Below are positions 53,971-64,000 of a DNA stretch of 64,000 bases, piece after piece. Location: NCBI RefSeq assembly GCF_006345805.1, contig NC_043004.1, forward strand, positions 20,336,001 through 20,400,000, read 5' to 3'. Under the pieces are notes generated by a model that was given only the letters and a program-made list of their open reading frames with translations, was not told where the DNA came from and did no database searches. Source of the DNA: Octopus sinensis. Taxonomy: Eukaryota. The translations under genes and the position numbers were made by a program. Position 1 is the first letter of the stretch, and every line of letters begins with the position of its first letter.

Positions 53971-54186
53971 TACACAATGGCCCAAAAGTAGGCTTACAGT
54001 TATCATGTAGGCACTTAAAATTTTTTTTTAAACATTTTATTTCATTTAAATTTCTATCTTACAATTAACTAAATTAGCATAGAATAATGGTTTTATATTT
54101 TTTTATAATTAAGATCTAAACTGTTAATATATGAATGTGAAAGAGATAGTTGAGTAACGGTAAATCTACTTTGCGGTCACCCTATA
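53971..54186. mobile_element. Tc1/mariner-like MITE (degenerate)
   Basis: tacacaatggcccaaaagtaggcttac / gtaaatctactttgcggtcaccctata imperfect TIRs with TA ends. Confidence 0.55.
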
Positions 54187-54460
54187 TGTATATACGTATC
54201 ATCATCATCGTTTTAATGTCCACTTATCTATGCTCTCATGGGTCTGATAGAATTTGTTGAGGTGGATTTTCTTTGACTGGATGTGCTTCCTGCTATCAAT
54301 GCTTTACAAGTTTCCAAGTAAGCTAATATTTCCCCATAACAGATATATTTACATTGAAGCTTAGAAACAAAGGACACCACTTGCATGACAGTGACACTCA
54401 TTTAAAACTATCACATGATGTCAAGTCAAAAAGACAGTAACACATACACACATACATACA

Positions 54461-54720
54461 TCTATTATATAAAATCCGTTCTGTCTGTGTGTGTGTGTCT
54501 TCTAGAATCTCGGGCATCCTCCATCTGATTGCGCTCAAATTTGATATGTAGATACCGACGGTATCAGGGCATGTATAAGTCTTGAAAAAATTACAAAAAT
54601 CTATTCCAGTTGAGAATGTGATCGATAAAACCGTGGGAACGTGCATGTGTATGCCCAAGTACTTAGTTCCCTAGGTTGTAGCGTTTCATCAAAAATCGCC
54701 CCAAGTTGATTTCTTACATG
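54461..54720 (+). mobile_element. Helitron-like non-autonomous element, 5' end
   Basis: a|TCTATTATATAAAA start followed by (ctgt)/(gt) microsatellite and ...aaatttg motif typical of small Helitrons; 3' end not identified. Confidence 0.45.
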
Positions 54721-55192
54721 TTTTATCAGATAAACATTATTGTCCCAGGTACGTTCTCATAAATTCATCATGCTTTTCCATCAAGATTTACCTCTAGCTA
54801 ACCCATTTGCATGCATCGTTTTTATCCTGCTTTTCTTCTGTCAACCTGCACATAACTGCACCTTCCATTTTTTTTGTTTTTGTACTGCTTCAAGGCACGT
54901 TTCTTTCCTGCCAAGCTTACTGTTTAAAGCATGTTTCTGTTCTCCCAGTCAACAGCCTTATCATTACTGGTACTTTAAACTCTTCAGTTGCATATTTGTG
55001 TGAATAAAATCGTTTTTCTTTGGAATTGAAAAAAGTCTATCTTTATGTCTTCTTTTGCTGGTGTCTCAAATTTAGGTTAAATCAGTGTTTCTCAAAGGGG
55101 AGGCCTATGGGACAGTCGGACAAGTTGTTTTGAGAAAATTTGGTTGAAATTTTTGACAACTCAGCACCGTCCATTGGACTGGGGGCGTTTTG

Positions 55193-55229
<37 letters not shown>

Positions 55230-55232
<3 letters not shown>

Positions 55233-55580
55233 TAAAGATCGTGATCCCCTTCAATCATGAATCACTATGGGATTGCACTAGAAAGTTGCTCTCCAAAGCA
55301 CAAGTCTAGACAAGGTCGTTTATGAAAGACCAGAAGTCAGCCATGTATACCAGCCTCACCTCTCCATGCCATCAATATTATCCAAAGGAAAGGAAAAGGA
55401 AAAGGGGCCAATACAACTTGGAACCAGTGACATCACAACTCATTTCTACAGCTGAGTGAACAGCAGCAACATGAAATAAAGTCTTTTGCTAAAGAACACA
55501 ACACACAGCCAGGTCTGAGAATTGAACTCACTATCTCATGATTGTGAGCCCAATGCTCTAACCTTGAGCCATGCACCTTC
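55230..55580 (-). mobile_element. tRNA-derived SINE, family E
   Basis: Minus head gaaggtgcatggctcaaggttagagca...gagttcaattc; body ending in tttacct. Confidence 0.7.
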
Positions 55581-55614
55581 ACACACACATAAACACATAC
55601 ACAAACGAACATAT

Positions 55615-55647
<33 letters not shown>

Positions 55648-55664
55648 GTGTGTGTATATATATA

Positions 55665-56191
55665 TAATAGAAATATTAAAATTACTAAGTCTCTATAAAA
55701 GAGATTATGGCAGCGTTTACTGGAAATTAACTGTTATCGCCATATTAATATGGCATTCTTATAGATATAAGAATAATCGCTGCCATGGTCAGCTCCATGA
55801 GGCCACCGCCATCAAGATAGCTATTGATACACGATCTGTATCCATTATAACCTTCGAACAAGGGAGGTCAGCCGCTTCACACTGCCAGTCCGACAGCTAC
55901 AGATGCGTTTCGGGGTATTGCCCCTTGTTAATGTAGCGCAGTCAGACCCGCAGGTGTCGCCACTGACGTTTCTGTTCGAAGGCTTATATTTACCTAGTTT
56001 CAGTGGAATACATCCACTTGTTTTCAATAATAGAAATATTAAAATTACTAAGTCTCTATAAAAGGTTATAATGGATACAGATCGTGTATCAATAGCTATC
56101 TTGATGGCGGTGGCCTCATGGAGCTGACCATGGCAGCGATTATTCTTATATCTATAAGAATGCCATATTAATATGGCGATAACAGTTAATT

Positions 56192-56192
<1 letters not shown>
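55665..56192. mobile_element. Element with nested direct and inverted repeats and a central HHR-like motif, in (TA)n
   Basis: Direct repeat 55665-55701 / 56028-56064; inverted repeat 55724-55854 / 56062-56192; HHR-like motif on minus strand at 55896-55937. Confidence 0.9.
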
Positions 56193-56243
<51 letters not shown>

Positions 56244-56788
56244 GACATGTATATATATATATATAAGGTGATCACCTTATTTTGAAATTGTATGGATAAT
56301 ACTGTACTAAATTCTGGTGCCTCAACTTAAGTACCATATTCATCTGAATCAAAATTTTTGCTGAAGTCACACACACACACATATATATGACTGTTTTATT
56401 TTCAGTTTAGGCTACTCAATACACTTTGGTAGGCCCGAGGCTATAGTACAGTACATAATATTACCTCCCCCCCCCACACACACACACCGTGTTACCTCAT
56501 GTGTCTCCTTATAGGATGTTGCTTCTGGTAGACACATATATTAAATGAAAGCTAGCAGTAAACCATCCACACACATACATTGTAATGAATATCACTTCTG
56601 CAAGAAGTGAAACCAATATGAAATTATGTACATTGGCATATTTTTGTAATTTTAGATTTTGAATGATTTAATAAGGTATTCACAGCAATATAAAGCTAAA
56701 ATACATTTTCTTATTTCTCCATATCTCCCAATTTGTGCTGGTTATTTTCCAAATTTCATATATATATATATATATATATAAAATATTA

Positions 56789-56956
56789 TAGAGACAAAAC
56801 CACTATTTTGCAAAACAAACAAGGAAAGACTTAATCAATACATAAAATTTTAATAAATAGTCAAAAAAACCGCGGTTTTTTTGACTATTTATTAAAATTT
56901 TATGTATTGATTAAGTCTTTCCTTGTTTGTTTTGCAAAATAGTGGTTTTGTCTCTA
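56789..56956. repeat. Perfect 168 bp spacer-less palindrome in (TA)n
   Basis: Centre aaaaaaaccg|cggttttttt at 56872/56873; 84 bp arms; unpaired tail to ~57050. Confidence 0.95.
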
Positions 56957-57845
56957 ATAATATTTTATAATATTTTACTATAAAATTGGATTTAATCCTA
57001 AATCTGATTTTTTCCCTGTAAATTTGGATTTATTCCCTAATATTTATTATTATATATATATATATTATATATATATATATATATATTTGTATAGGTCTGT
57101 ATTTAGGTGAATGAATGTGTATAAGTGCAGGGTTCATGTGTACGCATGCATGCATGTATGTGTGCACACATGCGCATGTGTTAATATGTGTATGTGTATG
57201 CATATATTACTGAATGCAAACGTTTATGTCTATAAATAAGTCTATGTACTATATATGTGTTTGCGTGCATGCACGTGCACTTATGTGGGTGTGAATGACA
57301 TTTATGCTAACGTTTGCACTTTTGTGCAAGTTGTGTGTATGTGTGTGTGTGCATGTGTGTGTTTGCTTGCTTGTGTGTGTATGTGATAGGATTATTTTAT
57401 GAGTACTCACTTTGCTTATAATGAGAGTTAAGAAGTTAATTGTATCTGAAGTTTGGTAAAGTAATTTTATCAATCAAGTCGTCCATTGATTTATCAAAGA
57501 TCTTTGAGAAAGATATTTCTTCTCCCAATGACTTTGGAGTTCAGTCGGCTCCTCAAAATTTATTGTGCCTAGGATTACGATGTCACTGCAGCATTCTATC
57601 TCCTTTATCATTCTTAATGATAAGCATTCTGATGATCCACCAATTGAATTACTTTTTGTGTAATAATCATTTAAGTGGTGGAGTATTCTGCAAACGTTCT
57701 TCATATGATTCTGAGATTGAGTCAGCATGACACTCTGTGACAACGCTGGAGTTTTAAACAACTAGTAAATCAATGATAGAAAGTGGAAGAGATAGTAGAA
57801 TTGATCCCAAATACTCTATCAACCTCTAAAGGGTTACAGGGAAGT

Positions 57846-58073
57846 TTAACCCTTTCAATACCAACCCAGCTGAAACCGGCTCTGGCACTGAGTACAAATG
57901 ACTTGTTTCCATAAGTTTTGAATTAAGATCTTCCACCAAACCTTAGTCACAATTTATGTTCCTAATACTAGGTGAATGATAACTCAGTTATGTTACTAAA
58001 TTCTTTGTTATATTTAAAGTAATTGAAAGAAACACAGAGCATCTCAAAATAAATACTGTAACGAAAGGGTTAA
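57846..58073. mobile_element. piggyBac-like MITE
   Basis: TTAA-ccctttc ... gaaaggg-TTAA. Confidence 0.8.
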
Positions 58074-58274
58074 CTTCCTGCCAACAAAGGATCTGCCTTG
58101 TTCAGAAAGCATAGTAAAAATAGCAGCTAAATCTCCTTCAGATTATTCTGTATCATCATAAATAAGAATATATATATATATCTTAGGTAGTAGCCTTTAA
58201 AAAGACAGAATGGTCATGATCTGCTTGATCAAACTATACCTTCAATAGCAGCCAGCAACCAATTCCTTTGAGGC

Positions 58275-58506
58275 TATACTGCTGTGACCAAAAGTTTGGA
58301 GCATTAAAAAAAAATTAAACTTGTTATGCCTGAGTACAATTCGATTCAAATATATACAACATAGAGATATACTTGCCTAAAAACTTTCAGACCTATGTTT
58401 CTAAAATTTTGGCCAAGTAATAATATATTGCAAATTAAATATAACTTTAATATAAAAATCATGATTTTTCTGGCCCATGTTTCAAACATTTGGCCACGGT
58501 TGTATA
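58275..58506. mobile_element. Tc1-like MITE
   Basis: tatactgctgtgaccaaaagtttggagcat / atgtttcaaacatttggccacggttgtata imperfect TIRs. Confidence 0.65.
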
Positions 58507-60185
58507 TTTTCTTTCTTTCACAGTGCTTTTTTTTTATATCAATTTAAAGCTTTAATATCTGTAGCATATTGCAACTTTGACATAAAAATCAAAAGTTACT
58601 CCTTAGAAAGCTTGCTTAGTATAAAACCAAAAGTAAGATAAAATAATTTTTGTTTTAAATTTTGGTACAAAACTGACGATTTTAAGGGGAAGGGTTGGTC
58701 AATTACATTGATTTCAGTACTAAATTGGTACTTATTTTTCTAACCCTGTAAGGATGAAAAGAAAAGTTGAGCTCAGTGGAATTTGAACTTGGAATGTAAA
58801 GACCTGGAATAAATACGGCAGCATATTTTTATCCAGCATGCTGGCAATTCTACCAGTTTACCATCATTAATGACAAAATAATATCAGGATTTCTTGCAGA
58901 GTTTCTTGGTCATATGATTTATCATTTGGTCTTTCCCTCAACTCACCTGATGCAGTATACTATCTTACATTACATTATGCTTCTCTCTCTTCTTCTTCTT
59001 CTTCCCCCTCCTCCTCTTCCTTCTTCTTCTTCTTCTTCTTCTTCTCTCACTTACAGTGTCTTACCATTCTTTGTATTTCTCCGTTTAGCATCATATGTCT
59101 AGCTGTCCTCTTTACTTTCTTTTGCTGTATCTCTCTCCTTTCCCAACTGCTGCTGACCTTTCACTCTTCCTGCTTTTCAATTTCCGAACACATATGCATG
59201 TGCATACATAAACACATATACACACTCATAAATATGTTCATATGTACACACACAGGCATATATACACATACCACATAATACAGAAGTTCCAATTTTATAA
59301 TATATGATATTTTACTGTAAACGTCAACAAATGTAGTTTACAAATATCCATAGCTTCTGGCATAAATATGAATTTAAATTCAACTATTGAAATTACTGTT
59401 GTTCCCTTAAGCAGATTTCTTTTACTCTGATGAGCCAAGTGAATTTTGAATGATGTACATTTCCTACAATATTACTGAATATCTAAAGTGTGAAATGGCA
59501 CTTATAAAACATTTGCTCAATGAAATAAAATAATAATTTACTAGATATTTAAATTTCCCTCAATTACTAACTACCTCAACTTTTAAAAAAATCAAAAGGA
59601 TGAAAGAAAAAAACTTAAAATCTTTAAAAGGTAAAACAAAAAATTGAAAAAATTAAGAAATCAATGTTAAAACAAGACTCTACTCCGAAATACATGTTAA
59701 TAAAATGCAATTTTAGCATTCCTCCAGAGAATTGAACTTTCATCCCTTGAATATTTATAAAAATACATTATTCTATACAAGACCTCAAAAATCTCAATAG
59801 ATTTGAAACTAAGTGAAATGGGTAAAGAAATATTTATAGAAAAATAATAATTAACAAAGAAGATATTTTTCCCTGTTTACATGACTGAAGTTAAAAATGT
59901 TACTTTCAAACCTAAATGAATTCAATAATTTCACTTCAGTAATGCTGTAATTGGTACAGGGGAAGATAATGGATTGGAAGAAGAGAAGGCGGAAGAAGTA
60001 CACCTCAGGGAAATTTTAAAGAAATACAAACAAATTAGATTGAATCCAAGCTAGAAAGACTTTTTGGAAGCAATACAACTTTGAGTGCTTTCCCTGACAT
60101 AAATTTTCAGTCAGGTACTGAGGTTGATGTAATTGATTAACCCTGCTCCTTGTGCTTAAATTGGAAATTATTATTATTATTATCA

Positions 60186-60234
<49 letters not shown>

Positions 60235-60560
60235 GGCATTGAACTGGGACAGTTATTAGCACATGGGACAAAATGCTTAGTGGTATTTCCTTTGGCTTTA
60301 CATTCTGAGTTCAAATTCTGCCTTTGCTTTTCATCCTTTCAGGGTCAATAAAATAAGTACCAGCTGAGTATTGGCATTAATGTAACTACCCCTTCTTCCC
60401 CAAAATTTCAAACCTTTTGCTTATATCTGAAAGGATTATTATTAAGGTGGTGAGCTAGCAGAATTATCAGCATTCTGGACAAAATGCTTAGTGGCATTTT
60501 TTCTGGCTTTACCATCTCAGTTCAGATTCCATTGAGGTTGACTTTGCCTTTCATCCTGTA
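60235..60560 (+). mobile_element. SINE family B, two degenerate copies after (TTA)n
   Basis: aaaatgcttagtgg.attt...gagttcaaattc...tttcatcct. Confidence 0.75.
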
Positions 60561-60621
60561 GATAATGGATTAGCAAAGTCATTAGACCATCAGATAAAAT
60601 GTCTTACAGTAATTGCTTTAG

Positions 60622-60838
60622 CTCTCTTTTACTTGTTTCAGTCATTTGACTGCGATCATGCTGGAGCACCACCTTTAGTCAAGCAAATCGACCCGGGACT
60701 TATTCTTTGTAAGCCTAGTATTCATTCTATTGGTCTCTTTTGCCGAACCACTAAGTAACGGGGACATAAACACACCGGCATCAGTTGTCAAGCAATGCTA
60801 GGGGGACAAACACAGACACACAAACATACATACACACA

Positions 60839-60878
<40 letters not shown>

Positions 60879-61047
60879 AATACAACGGGCTTCTTTCAGT
60901 TTCCGTCTACCAAATCCACTCACAAGCCTTTGGTCGGCCCGAGGCTATAGTAGAAGACACTTGCCCAAGATGCCATGCAGTGGGACTGAACCCGGAACCA
61001 TGTGGTTGGTAAGCAAGCTACTTACCACACAGCCACTCCTGTGCCTG
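60622..61047 (-). mobile_element. SINE family A
   Basis: Highly similar to 8081-8510. Confidence 0.88.
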
Positions 61048-61565
61048 TTTACCTTTAAAGTTCATATACTGCTGAGATTAATATTTGTTTTTTATCACTC
61101 TAAAGTCAAGAAAATTAAGTATTAGTCCAGTATAATCAACACCTTCTCTCCCAGTACTGGTGGACCTATACCTAAATTAGAAGCCATATATTTTAATGTA
61201 AAGCTCAGTTCATAAACTTTATGAAAAGTAAGAATGAAAAGAACAAAAATGAATAATAATCTTTCATTCTAATCAGTGTTTATATTAGAGATAAAGAAAT
61301 GACTAATTATATCAACCTATCATACTTAAATTAATACCGTTGTGTATTTAGATATATTGGTATAACTCACACTAAATGAGATAACTCTACTTTTATTGAA
61401 ATATTGGTTACTTTATCTATTTATCTATTTATCTGTCTATCTAACTATCTACTGCTCTCTCTCTCTCTATGTATATATATATGTATATATATACATATGT
61501 ATGTCTGTATGTATATGGATACACACACAAAAGCTAAATATACATATATATTTATTTCTGTGTAT

Positions 61566-61611
<46 letters not shown>

Positions 61612-62009
61612 TGAGAAGGAAAGTAAGATAAACAACCAATAGATAAAAGAGGAGAGAGATTATTCTTGTAATGGTTTTGCAAGATTTTTCGTGTAACATT
61701 GTGTGTTGGCCATTTCATTTCAGTAAAAGGAGTCATATACTCTGTTGGTATTTTAACTTTGTTGACTATTATCAGATATTTAGATAATAATAAACAAATT
61801 AATGAATCTTATTGCCTGACCACTCATTTGACTAACCAATCAGTTGACGAAACACCTGACTTATCAAACCATTGATTCGTTAAATGATAATAATAAATGA
61901 ATTGGAATACAACCACTGTGTATTTTCTTACTGAAAATTGACCCTCCACCACCAAGAACAACATGCACTTGTACACCCACAAATAAAAAAAAGCACCCAT
62001 GCTGAAATC

Positions 62010-62440
62010 CCATAAAAAGCACCCAGTAAACTCTGCAAAGTGGTTGGCATTAGGAATGGCATCTGGCCATAGAAACTATGCTAAAACAGACAATTGGAGC
62101 TTGGGGCAGTTCTCTAGTTTACCAGATCCTGTCAAACCATCCAACCCATGCTGGCATGGAAAGTGGATGTTAAATGATGATGATGATATATGTATCATCA
62201 TCATAATTGTTTAATGTCCGCTTTCCATGCAGGCATGGGTTGGATGATTTGACTGAGGTCTGGCCAACCAGATGGCTGCACCAGACTCCAATCTGAACTG
62301 GCAGAGTTTCTGCAGCTGGATTCTCTTCCTAATGCCAACCAGTCCGAGAGTGTAGTGGGTGCTTTTATGTGCCATCAGCATGAGGGCCAGTCAGGCAACA
62401 GCCACACTCAAATAGTGCTTTTTATGTGCCACGTGCACAA
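62010..62440. mobile_element. Tail-to-tail inverted pair of family C SINEs
   Basis: + copy ends (tga)n at ~62187; - copy begins (cat)n at ~62195. Confidence 0.8.
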
Positions 62441-63021
62441 GTAGTACACATATATGTGTTTGTGTGTGCCAGTGTAGCAGTGTCATAATAAGTTTGCCTC
62501 CCAACCACATGGTTCAGGTCCAGTCCTGGTGAAAGAAGTTTGTTGTGTGAATTTGCATGATAGTAATAAAACGAATGTTTGCCTTGACTTTGCATGATAG
62601 TAATGAAATGAATGCTACCATCTTGAAAGAGGCATCCTTCATCTCTAATCTTCCATGGAAACATGTCTTGACATACGGAATATTACTTCACTTGGAAACA
62701 GCTGTGGGTTGGGGATAGGAATGGCATCCAGCCATAAAAAATTCATCACAACATATTCCATCTGACCATGTGGATGTGGAAAAGTGAATGCTAAAATGAT
62801 GATGATGACATATCATACTTATATATATTGTACAATTCTGATAATGCAGAAGGATTTGAATGTAAGAGTGTCAAATTATCAAATATGTTAATGCATTAGA
62901 ACTCAGTCTTAAAATTTGTTTTTCTTTACTAGATCATTAAATATGTTGCTATTTCTCAGCAGCAACATTATCTGAACTTATTTTCTCTAAATAAATTTTA
63001 AACCTTTCTAAACACACACAC

Positions 63022-63062
<41 letters not shown>

Positions 63063-64000
63063 AATAAGGTATTCAGAAATCTGGATGATTGTGCATATAC
63101 AAATATTTATTAACATGACATGTTTTTACAAATCACATATTTTCATCTACTCTAATAGATTTTTCAGATTTAAATTGTGTGAAGGGATTTGTCTCTTTTT
63201 ATAGTATTAGTGAATGGGTTGGGGTGGAGAGAGAGAGGGGGAATGGAAGTGTAATGTGGAGTGTAAGGGGTAGGAAAAGAGGGAGAGGAATGGGAGATGG
63301 CGATTTTGATTTCCTTTCACTAAGTCTGAGGCCAGTGTTTGTAACAGGACTACAGTGATTGTTGTCAAATTTTCTTAATCATTTCTAAATGAAGTCAGTA
63401 ACAGTATATTACTGGTACCTTCAATGACTTTAGTGAAAACGGAAAGTAAATCATAGCTTGAATATATTTGACCGTAAGTCTGCTTGTTTTGGCTTGACCT
63501 ATAGCAAACAAGCGACTACAACAATAACCAATTCAGTTTCAACAATGGTGTTGATTATTTTGATTTGGCAAACGTTTTTGAAATGACAAGAAAATAGTTG
63601 AATGATTTTACTCAAACATATTTCTAACACATCTTTTTTTTATGGACACTGGATGATCTTCACCTCAAATTCCTTTACAACTTGTTTCATTTCTTTGAAA
63701 GTTTCAGTTCCAAAGTGTCTATTTACTTCTCATAGTTTACAAAATGTCATTAGTAGATTGGTATATCAACAAGTGTGAGTGACACTAGAGACTCATCCAG
63801 AGCACAGCAAAATATGGCTCATCTCCAAATCTGAAATGCAGATCACTTATACACTGTCATCAACAGAATAAGGCATTTTATATATGCTGTCATAGCAGAA
63901 CAGATTGTTCTTGAGATCCGTAATTTAAATTCCTTCTAGTTTGGCTTTATTGAAAGTAGGTATTAAATGAATCATTACATCATACCATCACACATATATA

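Noticed and set aside
59420-59460. CTGATGAG motif (also 6524, 25551)
   Set aside because: No matching stem II + GAAA + stem I.
63300-63960. Possible PLE/GIY-YIG remnant on minus strand (IGQ-like motif near 63500)
   Set aside because: Too decayed to support by eye.

Overview
AT-rich, microsatellite-dense animal genomic DNA. The SINE repertoire and (TA)n/(CA)n density suggest a coleoid cephalopod, probably Octopus (inference). Only one host coding exon is recognisable: 171-642 (+), part of the extracellular ANF-receptor-type ligand-binding domain of a natriuretic-peptide receptor / receptor guanylyl cyclase. The remaining ~63 kb looks like one very large intron; I found no next exon. It is filled with tRNA-derived SINEs of several families, LINE fragments (R4/Dong-like and HERO-like RLE, RTE, CR1), small DNA-transposon MITEs, and a ~3.2 kb Neptune-type Penelope-like element (PLE; RT + GIY-YIG) embedded in (TA)n. 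The most notable signal is a set of small non-coding, apparently PLE-mobilised elements: several minimal type-I hammerhead-ribozyme motifs, long palindromes planted in (TA)n tracts, and a TSD-flanked composite element (tRNA-like head + (AAT)n + hammerhead + inverted end copy) that looks like a Penelope-dependent SINE. A stop-containing partial copy of the coding exon lies 1.5 kb downstream of it. Most ORFs in the supplied track are microsatellite or SINE artefacts. Repeat coordinates were read by eye and are approximate.
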